Positions 13,889 to 26,500 of a stretch of DNA of 64,000 nt are shown here, piece after piece. Origin of the DNA: Paecilomyces variotii. Its lineage: Eukaryota. The first letter of the stretch is position 1, and each line of letters opens with the position of its first letter. Both the position numbers and the translations under genes were made by a program. The notes beneath the pieces are model-generated. The model saw only the letters and a program-made list of their open reading frames with translations. It was not told the origin of the DNA and ran no database searches. The stretch lies in NCBI GenBank assembly GCA_004022145.1, contig RCNU01000005.1; one strand, written 5' to 3'.

Positions 13889-14824
13889 CTATTTCCCCAT
13901 CATCTTATCCGCCAATCCCTGCGCAACCAACGAGGCATTCTTCACCGCACTCTTCGCGTTGCCCTCAACGAGCATAAATGTCCCCGCTACGACTTCCATC
14001 TTGTTCCGCTCGATGAATTGCTCCGTACTGAACCTCATCCTATCAACAATGTCCTGCGTCGGCTGGCCGAATTCGCCGGGCGAGCCTTCATACGCGGCGC
14101 GTAAGCTATCCGGATTGAGCTCTGGGAGAGCAACGCCGGTTTTATGACGTAGAAGGAGAAATGTGTAGCGCGATGGATGGGGTTTTCTGGTTAATTCTGT
14201 CAGAATCCTCGTCCCGTAGGTTCCCTTCTTGGTAATGATAGTTTTGTTTAAAGAAAAATGAAGAGAAAAAAAAACATGGAATATGGAACATACCCAAGAG
14301 TGAAATAATGCGCCGGAATCGGAGCCGGACCAACATAAGGAGAAATATCCCTGTCCTTAGAGACATTGACTTGGCCCGTTGGACTAACAGTCACTCGAGT
14401 AGTGAGCCAATGGCGTACTTGACCGAAATACTTATCATTACGGTGCGTGAGGTCCTTTAATTTTATGCATTAGCCAAACACGCCATTTGATATCTCCGTA
14501 AGTAATTAGGGAACCACGAACCGGATCAACCATCAAAAGCGTATAAATAGGCTGCGACTCTTTATCCTCCGGCTAGAACCCAGACAAATTATTAGCCATC
14601 GACCTCAACTCTGCATGACTGATCGGTAAAAAGAAACTCACACTCGGCTCAACGAACAGTGTCGGCTGAGGCTGTGTCGCATCGCGCTCGATCATCTGGC
14701 CAGGCTTCTCGAGCTTCGCGTTGGGCCAGATCACTTTCAAATTACGTGGGACTTTTGTCCCCGGCGCGAGAATGTCGGGGATGATACTCTCTTTTTCGAA
14801 AATGGTTTGGACGTCGGTCGTCAT
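13889..14824 (-). CDS. Phosphatidylethanolamine-binding protein (PEBP/Tfs1-like), 4 exons
   Basis: Spliced product contains YTLLMVDPDL, VRHWL, PYVGPAP and PSRYTFLL, ending GLADKMMGK* (TAG 13891-13889). Confidence 0.88.
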
Positions 14825-15794
14825 TGTTTTGGATGTCTGTCTGTATGTATATACAGAGTGGTGATGGGGATATTCCGTATAACTATGAAAGAAAAATAAA
14901 AATAATTCTTGAGAATAGCCAAGATCAAAAAAGAAAAGTTCTAAGAAATTATGTGTCCTTCAAATCGACCTATCTTGTCTTAACTCTGTACACGATAGTT
15001 AATACTGACATCAGGTATGAAAGGGCTCATGATGTAATCCTGTCGTCGCGGATGAACATCAAGTTCTACTACCCACGCGTAGCTACTACGCCACATCTCG
15101 ATTCTTGATTCTGTATTGGCCATAACTAAGCTGTCAAGTTATTTTAACCTTCCCGAGCCTTACCGGGAGTCTTCGGATAGTGTTACAGTGTGCACCTATG
15201 GTATTCATAACGATAACTTTAGTCGAATAGCTGAGCCAAGCCGGTTTCGCTGCCCTTATTAAGTATGTGTAGGGGCCTGTCTGGAGTCCTCCCAGATGTA
15301 GATTATCTTTATTTTATCAGTAATGACTTCTGGACTTCTGAGAGATTATTCGGACACCAGCAGTGATCTTATTCTCGAGTTCATGATCTCAATCCGTCCG
15401 GGGTTATCGCTTTCATTCACTGAAAACAAGCCTAGCACTAAATTGGCCATCCAGACCCTGTTCAGTTTCACCAATAAAAGAAATGTCAAATGGCTGAGCA
15501 AGCGTCATATGGGGAGATGATAAGTGAAGTAAGAAAATGTGCGAAGGCAAACGTATATATACATCCGGAAAGGCTCCGGAGGCAATTAGAGAAAAGGAGT
15601 GTCTGTGTATATACAGTACAAAGAAACAAACAGATGGATATCATGTCATTTCGAAGAGCATCAATAAGGATACAGTGTCCCTTGCATGAGAAGGCAAATG
15701 TACGCCAAGAAAGTCCCAGAAGCAACATCCGAACTCCCAGAAGAAAAAAAAAAGATCTAGTAATCATATACCACGGTAAGGTAAAGGGGTCATA

Positions 15795-18657
15795 TCACTT
15801 CGACTCTGTGTAAGTCGCATTGCTTGTAGAGGGGGTCCGTCGCCCCCATCCGCTGAAGAAGCCACCGCTCGAAGTAGTTTTGGTTGGTTCTTTGGCAGCA
15901 GCCACGGCTATTGTGGGCACAATGCTGTCTTCTGTACTCGCCCGTGAGACGGAATGATGGGGATTGCTGAACATCTTTCGCAGCGAGTCGAGTTTCGCCT
16001 TCACCTCCTCCAATTCTTGTTTGGCAACGGCTTCTGCCGTCTTTGCGTTGACAAGTTCCAAGAGTAGCGTTTCATCTCCAGCCGGTTTATTGTTTTCCGT
16101 GGAAAGGACGGATTGCAAGCCTAGGCTGCTCGAACGCTTGCTCCAAGTGCCTTTCTGGGAAGTAGTAGTCGTCTTCTGCGAGTTACTCCGGACGAGCTTG
16201 AGCTCCCGTAGGCCACGCGATTGGGCCACGTCTCCAGGCTCACTTTGTGCAGCGCTTGACCGGTCAGGGCTATCGGAGGATTTCCGGCTGCGCAGTTCTA
16301 GGATGACCTTTTCTAGCCTCTGCTTCTCGCGGTACCCGTCCTGTACTCGAGCTCTGGTCTCCCTGAGCTCCTCCTTGACCTTGGTATTCTCGTGTTCGTA
16401 TTCATCCATGCGTCTTCCCAGATCGCTACATCGTGCTGCTTCGAGCTCATACTTCTCCTTCCATCGATTGGCATCGTCACGCAGTTCATGTTTGGTTTGC
16501 GCGATAGACATTCGTCTAGCACCTGTGCAAAGGAACCGCTCTTCTGCCTTTGCAACGATGTCTGCTGGTTGGCTGTCGCCCTCTAGTCCTTTGATATAAC
16601 TGAGCATCGATTTCGCTAACTCCTGGTCTTCCTCACGCTCCTCACGTTCGCGCTGAAGCTCCTGTGCAAGCTCTGCCTGTTCTCGCTGCAAGTCACTCAA
16701 GGCCATTAATAGATCTTCAATCTGACCATGAAGATCCTTGTCTTTGTTCTGCGATATGGCGGATTTCGTCCTCGACTTGTGGCTATCCTGTGACATCTCT
16801 GTAGGTGCTGTGCTTGCGTCAGATGTAGACTCGAAGGAGTTGAGGGTTGATGCCACGCTCTGTTTCGATGGGGACCTCCGGATAGAGCTTGCAGGGCGCG
16901 ACAGGCTGGACGTGCTGGGATTGAGAGCCAGAGATTTGGTAGAGGAACCACCTGACCAAAGTCGGCCTAGGAAGCGAGATGCAGCTGCCTGCATCTGAGG
17001 GAACGAGATTCCAGTCTGCACGCCCTGTGATTGATTGTAGCTGGTCTCCAGAGATTGTAGACTCTCCTTCGACACAAGAGAAGTCAAGGAGACGAAATCG
17101 TTCACCAAATCATCCGCATGGCAAGCGTACCTATTGAGGACAGTCAGTCAAGGACACCGACATCTTCGGACAAGCCACACTTACGTGTCCCAGAGACTCC
17201 TAGATAGCAGGATTTGCATAACATCCTCAAACTCCGTGCAAGCCATGAGCTTCTTTTCGTTCCTTTGCATCAACGACAGTGCAACCCGCATCAAGGTCTC
17301 ACAGGCACCTTCCAGGAGGAGCACGTCGTAGATGCGAAGAAGCATTGGCAAGGGGCAAGTGACAGCGAAAAACGAAAGGAACCACTGCGACACATAGACA
17401 GGCTCGATGTGTAGAGATTCCAAGTGCGCAAACAGAGCAGGTCGATGGCGACAGAGCAGATTCTGGAATTGGTATATTCGGAGATGTAGCCCTGAGAGGT
17501 CTGGCAGGAAACACGAGCGGAGGCCGTAGTGGTCCATGAGTCTAGACGAGAAGTCAGTTTCCTACCACACATGTCGTTTTTCTTCGCCGTTATCGCTTAC
17601 CTGACTAGGACGCAGAAAGCTTCTGCATCCGTCATATGCATCAGCAAGGGACCTACCACAAACCCCAGACCCTGGCAATAACCGATTTTTGTGTCGTAGA
17701 GACTGAAGCATTTGAGGACCCGGGCCAACATCTGCTGGCCCTCACCGTCCGGGTCCCGGAACATGTCAACATTGGGAAAGCTACGCCCAATGTCTTTTCC
17801 GATCAGGCCTTCGTAGGGACTCGTCTCTCCGCATAGTCTTTGGAACTCTTCCTGAAGCTGCATATCCCTCGCGCCAGCAATACTGGGCCAGACCACGCCC
17901 CGCAGAGGAGGAGGCACCCCGCTACGGATTTTGTTCGATGTCAGAGTAGGCAATCTTTGAGCTGTCTGTGGGTAATCTTGCACCAGTGCAGCCCAGAACT
18001 CCAGCTCCGTCATTTGGGGAGTTGGCAATTGTGAGAACCGGACAGACGACCGGGGGTCATTGACCAGTTTCTTGATCTGCTGTACGGACGGAGGCCGGGA
18101 CTTTGCCCGAGAGCGTGCTTTCGACAGACCAGACTTGGGATTTGTCGCCAGAGCATTATTCTCTTGCTCCAGACGCGCGAGTAGCAATGCCGTAGACTAT
18201 AAACGCTCCATCAGTCATCATGCTGAGGCATATTCCCACCAGGAGTACAAACCTCATCTGTCCCCTCATTGCGCGGCTCCAGTTCCTCCGTCTTCTCCAA
18301 TCCCTCCCAATTGACCCCTTCACTGTCCGGTGGAGAGTCTGCCTCGCTGCCACGACTGTTGCGCGACCGTTCTGAGGAGTCTGATACGCGGCGTTCTCTG
18401 CCTTCCACTGTCGTTGGGCTACAATCGATGGTAGGAGTAGTCTGTCCCTCCGCGTTATCTCCCACCGGGCCCTCTTGTTCTCCGCTTTCCTCCACAGGTA
18501 CCTCGGGAATATCAAACGTTTTCCACTCATTGGGCGTCTGGGGGTTCGATTGGATATCTGACTGGATGTCCGACAGCGGCACTGTTACCATCGAGTCTGT
18601 GTTATTCGGAGAACTCTCCGAATTGGTGCGGTACATCCTCGACTCAACGCTCTCCAT
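15795..18657 (-). CDS. TBC-domain Rab GTPase-activating protein (Gyp5-like) with coiled-coil C-terminus
   Basis: GVPPPLRGVVW, IGKDIGRSF (IxxDxxR), GYCQGLGF (YxQ) and SQWFLSFF. Exons correspond to ORFs 18211..18657, 17597..18187, 17181..17537 and 15795..17108. Confidence 0.92.
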
Positions 18658-20737
18658 GATGCCTGGCTCTCTCTGTGACGATTCTGTAGGTTAAAAAGCC
18701 GGTCAGCATGCCCCATGGACGGTCGAAAGAGCGACTCGCGGGAGGAGCCCCGGGGACACGGGAATTTTCGAAGCTGTATAGAGTTCCGATTGTTGACGAT
18801 AAGAGACCCAGCCGACCAAAGGGATTGAAGGTCAACCCATGAAGCGCGGGGAAGGTTCTTGCGAGAGAGAACCGAAGAGTCCAGTTGCCGGTCACGACAA
18901 CATTCCAAAGGAGCGTGGGAGTCAAAAAGAGATCTGGTTCAGGGACCACAGCGGTGGGAGAGAGCGTTTCAGCGACTCCTTTAGCACCGGCCTTGGTGGA
19001 TGCCTCCGACTCCTCCAAGACCATCAACGATCAGGGGGTTTCGCGACGGGGACCGAACCAACTCGCGCCTTTTCCTCTCCTGTCGGCGCCGTCGATCGCG
19101 CTATCCAGTCAGCGTCGCCCAATGGTCGCAGATCCCTCTTCGCGCCCGTTGGTCTTCATGTCTGTTGCGTTCCAGATTGTCTGTCCATCTCCGTTTGCTC
19201 CCTGCTCATATTCGACCGTTGTGCGGTAAGGCAATTCACTAGTCTACTGTCGTTAGCTCAGCCATCCAAGAGTTCGATGGAGGAACCAGACCGGGATCGC
19301 GGTGCCAAAACCCCATAACTAGATCACGGTAATGTGTATCCACGTTCCGCTGGATCGCTCCCGGAGGCTATCCAGAGGATAATCGTGCTGTTAAGGCGAC
19401 AGTTGTCTCCACTCGCTGGGCAGTTCCATGGAAAGCAAAACTGGTCTCAGTTGTGAATGCTGTCGAGGGCGATGATGCATTGCTCATCTCCCAGTTGGGT
19501 CAGGGTCTATTAAACATCTGAACAATAATACAGATATCATTTGCGACGCGTCCAAATAATTGCAATTCCAGACCCGCACATTATTGACGGCGATTCCTTG
19601 TCACATGGCTCGATGTCGAACAATGGCTTCGACTCCTCGTAAGCCGTCCACTTACTAGTCAGTTAGTGTTGGTGTTGTGAAGCGCAAGTTGACCGCTTTC
19701 TCCTTCTCTCTCTCTCTAACTCACTCAACTCGCATTTTAAATTACACCCGGCTGTCTTTGCCCTCATTCTGTCTCAATATAATCATATAATGTCTCGTCC
19801 TCTTTAGGCAGCACGGGACACACGGTGAAGGATCAGCGCGCAAGGCCCTTCTGGAAAACTATCATTACTTGGCATAATGCTATGCGAGTGGAGCTCTTGG
19901 TCGACTAGTCCGCTTGGTCATATCGAAAAATGAAAAACGTGGGACTAGAGCTGTCCGTGATGAGCACACGGCATGATTATTATTATTATCATTATCGTGT
20001 GGGTGGATTTTTATTCCTCTGTCGGGTCTCCCTTCGGCATAAACGCTCATGGGACCTTGTGATAAAAACCCAGCACAGACGCTCCAGCGCTCCGGGGACC
20101 ATAAGGGAGGAAGATAAGTGCTCTCACCGACATAACAATCTACAGACGGAGGCGAATTTGCGGTCCATTAGAGTTGCATCGCGTCTTGTCCGCTCATGCT
20201 CTCCTGAGAAGCTCAGCTCACGTACTTCCTGAGGCTGTCTAGGGCTAGATAGAATTACTGCGAGGAGAAGACCTCGGTTTCATTTTGGAAGTGGGGAAAT
20301 TATTATAGAAGTAATCAATTATCAGTCTCTCTGCGTGTGAGATCGTCATAGTGCACTGTTGATCATAGGTGTTTCGATGTCCAGTCATGGGAAGCCCCCC
20401 AGATCGAGCAAGCGCTGAATCTCAGTTGGACCTCATTTATATATATCTGACACTTTCACTGTCACCTACACTGTTACGCGGTCAGAACATAGTCTCAGAG
20501 GTAGCAGAATGATATGGTCCAATGGACAAATTTTGTATCGTCCTTCGCCCTCTTCTCTACTTACTCGAATGCATTGCCTGGGGAAGAATTGGTAGAATCC
20601 CCCTATTTCAGTTGGTTTGGGAGAGAAGACTATGGTACTGGGCGATAGATATATCACCCCAATACATGACAAACCAGCAGGACCATTGCTACCCCTCCAT
20701 GACCTCGTATCTTTTGCCTGTCTTTCGCGTGCCAAGT

Positions 20738-20794
20738 GATAATAACGATAATAACGATAATAATAACAATAACAATAATAATAGTAACGATGAT
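20738..20794 (+). repeat. Imperfect (AAT/AAC/GAT)n trinucleotide microsatellite upstream of top2
   Basis: gataataacgataataacgataataataacaataacaataataatagtaacgatgat. Confidence 0.85.
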
Positions 20795-21089
20795 GCGGGC
20801 CGTTGTTTTGGTCTTGCCCGATTCGGTCAAGACACGCCCGGAAGAACTTCGCGCCGAATGGCTTTAAGCGCAGCAGCGAGGCAGCCGCGACTTCAGCGCG
20901 TCAACAGAATAATAATATCAACATTGGGCCGTTTCGTGCATCCGGTGCATCAGATCCCAAAGAGCCCTGCTTCTCTCTGCTGGTTGGGATGAGCGCTACT
21001 CGTGCAGTCTAGTGTTCCCTTCTTGCTCCCCCCCCTTTTGTCTGCCCCGTTGAGATTTTTTTCCGTACTCACGGATCCGCTCGTTCACC

Positions 21090-24000
21090 ATGGACGACTC
21101 CATGGTCGATTCCGTCTTTGAGGACGATGGCTCCGGCTCTGACTTCGTCATGGAGGAGAAGCCAGTAAGTGATAGGGCATTAAGGGCGCCTTGCTCGATT
21201 CTCTCTCGTCCGCTCCTAACGATGTGTTGCGCAGAAGCCCAAGGCGAAGACCGCGAAGAAGCCCGCAGCTGCCAAAGCTGCACCCAAGAAATTAACACAG
21301 ACCACCTTGAAGCCAAAAGCGGGCGCCAAGTCTGCGGCATCGAAGAAACGTGCGAAGCCAGATAGCGAGAATGAGCTATCGGATGGCGATGGCGACGGCA
21401 ATGGCGCTGAAGATGATGACCTGCTCTCCAGTACCCCGCCCAGCGCCGCGAAGAAGGCGAAGAAAGCGCCGGCCGCTAAGAAAGCTGCTTCCAAGCCATT
21501 GGCAAATGTCGCGAATGAGTCCTTCGGGGCCGATGGAACTGACGAGGCAAGATCGTCGAAAGAGCAAGGTGCCTCTGAGAAGTACCAGAAGGTTTGTGGC
21601 GACAGGATATGTGTTCTTATCTGGCGCATGATGTACTGACTATTCTGGATAGCTCACGCAACTCGAGCACATCATCAAGCGTCCCGATACCTATATCGGA
21701 TCCGTTGAGCGCACGGTGTCGCACATGTGGGTGTACAATTCGACCTCAGAATCCATGGAATACCGCGAAATATCCTACGTGCCTGGTCTATATAAGATCT
21801 TTGATGAGATTGTCGTAAATGCCGCCGATAACAAGCACAACGACAAGAATATGGATGAGATTCGCATCACGGTAGACCGGGAATCGGGGGAAATCAGTGT
21901 CTGGAACAATGGACGAGGTATCCCCATCGAGATCCATTCGGTATGTGGTTCGTCGTTATCCGTTCAGGGACATTCTTGCTAACAGTTCTCGTAGAAAGAA
22001 GGAATCTATGTTCCCGAACTTATTTTTGGCCACCTTCTCACTTCCTCGAACTACGATGATACCCAACAGAAAGTGACTGGTGGACGAAACGGTTTCGGTG
22101 CGAAACTGTGTAACGTCTTCTCCACGGAATTCTCCATTGAGACTCTGGACTCGCGCCAGAAAAAGAAGTACAAGCAGACTTGGACAGATAATATGTCCAA
22201 GGTAGGAAAGGCCAAGATCACAGAATGTAAGGGCGAAGATTATACCAAGGTCACCTTCAAGCCAGATTATGCAAAATTCGGAATGGAGGGCATGGATGAC
22301 GATTTCGAGTCTCTCGTCAAACGTCGCGTCTACGATTTGGCTGGAACAAGCAAGGTAGCCGTCAAATTAAACGGCTCCAGGATCCCTGTGCGAAATTTCA
22401 AGAAGTACATGGAGATGTACACCAACGCTATCAAGAAGGAGCGTGGGGAAGAACCGACGACAGATAAAAACGAAATCATCACTTGTAGCCCTGACCCACG
22501 CTGGGAGATCGGCTTTACGGTATCGGACGGATCCTTCCAGCAGGTCTCGTTCGTTAATTCCATCGCAACAACATCTGGTGGAACGCACGTGAACTACATT
22601 GCGGACCAAATCTGCACCAAACTCGCGGAACAGGTCAAGAAGAAGAACAAGAATGGAGCAACTCTGAAGACGGCCCAGATCAAGAATCACATCTTCCTCT
22701 TTGTCAATGCGCTCATTGTGAACCCAGCCTTCACGTCGCAAACCAAAGAGCAACTTACGACGAAGCCGAGTCAATTCGGTAGCAAGTGTGTCCTCGAGGA
22801 GGACTTCTACAAGAAGATCTTGAAGACGGAGGTCATGACTAACATTCTCCATTTTGCTGAGAAGAAGGCCGACCAGCTGCTCAAGAAGACCGATGGCAGT
22901 CGCCGTTCTCGTATGAACAACCCCAAGCTCACTGATGCTAACAAGGCCGGAACCAAGGAAGGACACCACTGCACACTGATCCTGACGGAAGGTGATTCTG
23001 CCAAGGGTCTGGCTATGGCCGGTAGAGCTGTCGTCGGGCCTGATCTGTTCGGTGTATTCCCCCTGAGAGGAAAACTGCTCAATGTTCGCGATGCCTCCAT
23101 TGACCAGATTTCCAAGAACGCGGAGATTCAGAATATTAAGAACTTCCTTGGTCTCCAGCACAAAAAGGAATATACCGACACTAGGGGTCTCCGCTATGGT
23201 CATCTCATGATTATGACCGATCAAGATCACGACGGTAGTCACATCAAAGGTCTACTCATCAACTTCCTCCAGGTCCAGTTCCCTAGTCTGCTGAAGATTC
23301 CAGAATTCCTGATTGAGTTCATCACTCCTATCGTTAAGGTCTGGAAGGGTGATCCCAAGAATCCAACCAAGTCCAAATCCTTCTTCACCATGCCTGAATA
23401 CGAGGCGTGGAAGGAAGAGCACAAGCATGAGCGCGGTTGGGAGCATAAGTACTACAAGGGTCTGGGTACCAGCACTACGGAAGATGCTCAGATCTACTTC
23501 CGTGATCTCGACAGGCATCTAAAGGAGTTCCACACCATGCAGGATCACGAAGCCGAACTGATCGATCTGGCCTTCTCGAAGAAGAAGGCCGATGAGAGAA
23601 AGGAATGGCTGCGCCAGTTCAAGCCCGGAACATTCTTGGACCACTCCGCCCCTAAGATCAGCTACACCGACTTCATCAACAAGGAATTGATCCTGTTCAG
23701 TATGGCAGATAACATGCGATCCATTCCTTCTGTTGTGGATGGTCTGAAACCAGGTCAGCGCAAGGTCCTGTACACCTGTTTTAAACGAAACATCCGCAAG
23801 GATATCAAGGTCGTTGAACTGGCTGGTCACGTTTCTGGAATGACTGGATACCAGCACGGTGATGTGTCCCTACAACAGACAATTGTCGGTCTCGCACAGA
23901 CCTTCGTCGGATCCAATAACATTAACTGCCTGGAACCCAGTGGTAACTTTGGTAGTCGTCTTCAAGGTGGTGCCGACTGTGCTAGTGCTCGTTATATCTA

Positions 24001-26500
24001 TACACGCTTGTCCCCGTTTGCCAGGCGGATATTCCACACCGCTGATGAACCACTCCTGACATACAACCTTGACGACGGCAAGAAGATCGAGCCCGAGATC
24101 TACGTGCCTGTCGTGCCGATGATTCTCATCAACGGTGCGGATGGTATCGGTACTGGATGGAGTTCTTCTATCCCTAATTATAGCCCAGAAGACGTGGTAG
24201 AAAATCTGAAGCGGTTGATGGATGGTGAACCTACCAAGCCGATGCAACCATGGTTCCGCGGCTTCACCGGTGAGGTGACTGCTATAGGCTCTGACCGATT
24301 CAAATTCAGCGGTATCATCAAGGAAACTGGCGACAAAGAGGTCGAGATCACTGAACTGCCCATCCGTACGTGGACTCAGGACTTCAAGGACAAACTCGAA
24401 GATATCATCAAGGCAGAGAAGACGCCCTCGTTCATCAAGGATTACAAGGACTACAATACTCACACCAAAGTCCATTTCATCATTCAGATGGATGAAAAAC
24501 ACATGCAGAAGGCAATCAACGAGGGCCTGGAGGAGAAGTTTAAACTATCTAAGACCATTGCCACTACGAACTTGGTTGCCTTCGATCCTGAGGGAAGAAT
24601 TACGAAATACAACACGGTCGATGATATTCTCAAGGAGTTCTACACCGTTCGCATCAAGTATTACGAGAAGCGGAAGGCAAGTACCGAAAGCACCATGCAT
24701 ATTGTCGCACCCGCTGACTTATCTACTAGCAACATCAACTTTCCGAAATGCAAAAGGATCTGGAAAGGCTTAGCAACCAAGCACGCTTCATCCAGATGAT
24801 CATTGATGGAGACCTGGTTATCTCCAAGAAGAAGAAGTCTGATCTGATTGCTGAATTGAAGGCGAAAGGCTTCAAAGCGTTTCCGAAGGTCGTTGATGCT
24901 GTTAAGGCGGGTGAAGATGAGCCCGCTCAGGAAGATGATGAAGATTCTGAGGACGTCGAAATCGGATCCAATGCATATGACTACTTGCTCGGGGTATGTT
25001 GTCTACTACTATCGAGTTTTTTGAATACTGCTAATGACTCCTAAATAGATGGCGCTATGGTCTCTGACCAAGGAACGTGTTGAGAAGCTCCGTCAGCAGA
25101 TCGGAGATAAGGAGATCGAGATCGACACTCTCATCAAGCTCTCAAAGGAAGATATCTGGAAGAAAGACCTCGATGATTTCTTGGCCGAGTGGCGATTCCA
25201 ACTGGAGGAAGAGGATCGCAGGCAGCGTAAGGTCGCCAACATGGGCCGTCGCGCATCTAGCAAGCTCATGACTGGCGGCCGTGCCCCGGCTAAGAAACGC
25301 AAGGCGCTTGGAGATGATCCTGATGATGTTGACTTTGCTGCCCCGAAGTCGAAGAAATCAGCGACGGTCAAGAAAGTCCAGCAACCGAAGGGAGGCCTGT
25401 TGGATTACTTGAGCAAGGCCCCTGCGAAGCCGGAGAGGAAGAGTCCTACGGATGGAGCTGGTGATTCTGACGAAGATGATGACTTTGAGGTAGAGGTGCT
25501 TCCTAAAAAGAGTAGGGCCGCGCCCAAGTCGAAGCCAGAGCCGGCACCAGAGCCAGAGCCAGAGCCAGTGGCTGAGGTCGAGGCAAAGGAACAGGATGAA
25601 GATTCTGACGTAGTGATCCTGCCTAAAAAGAGCAGGGCCGCTCCCAAGTCGAAGCCAAAGCCAAAGCCAAAACCAGAGCCAGAGGCAAAGGATGAAGATG
25701 AAGATTCCGCTGAGGAGGTATCTGCAGTCGAAAAACCCACCAAATCGACGTCGCAGCCAAGTCGAACAGCCCGCAAGCCGGTGAAATACACCGTTCTCGA
25801 CGATTCTGACAGCGACAACGGTGACGATTTGCTAGGTGATGTCAGCAAGATGGTCAAGGGCATCGGCGGCACAGTCGGTGATTCCACTGCCCTCTTTTCC
25901 GAACGATCCAAGCCTGGCAGCAGCTCAGGTCTGAAACCGACTGCTAAGAACTCCAAGCTTAGCCTTAGCAGTGACTTTGACCCAGACGAGACGGACTACA
26001 CGAAGCTCATACCTCAGAACTCTCCTCGCCGATCACTCCTTGTCAAGCCGAAGGATGTGAAAGCATCGGATGAAGATGTTGAGGAAGAGGAGCAGGCTCC
26101 CAAGGCAAAAGCAAAGCCTGCAGCGAAGCCCGCGGCAAAGCCCGCACCCAAGGCTCGCGGTCGTCCCAAGAAAGACGCAGCGAAACCTGTCGCAGCTCCG
26201 GCAGTGAAGCCATCGCCTGCCGCAAAGGCCTATGCATCCAAGCAGGCTAAAGCAAGCAAGAAGAAGCTGGCAGATGACATGTCCGATGATGATATCGACG
26301 CGATGGCAAACGATATTCTGGATTCTCCCGCTGGAGCCAAATCAGATGACTCTGATGCTGCGCCGCCTCGCAAGGCCGCTGGCCGGCCAGCTCGTCGCGC
26401 TGCTACGACAGCTAAGAAGCCAACTTATGTGATTGACGATGACAGCGAGGACGACTTTGGTGGTGATGATTCTGCCGATGACTTTTCGGAAAGCGAGTAG
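21090..26500 (+). CDS. top2: DNA topoisomerase II, 6 exons
   Basis: EIVVNAADN, GGRNGFGAKL (GHKL ATPase), LTEGDSA, PLRGK, MTDQDHDGSHIKGL (TOPRIM) and SARYIYT (catalytic Tyr). Five introns including a GC-AG intron at 24677-24729. Confidence 0.98.
24677..24729 (+). other. Non-canonical GC-AG spliceosomal intron in top2
   Basis: AAG|GCAAGT...GCTGAC...TAG|CAA; removal joins YYEKRK to QHQLSEMQKDLERLSNQARF in frame. Confidence 0.88.

Noticed and set aside
18660-19320. ORFs upstream of the TBC gene as extra exons or uORFs
   Set aside because: No convincing splice path into the CDS, and the TSS is unknown.
22367-24502. Long antisense ORFs (291, 210 and 112 aa) within top2
   Set aside because: Shadow ORFs caused by the codon bias of the sense gene; no recognisable domains.
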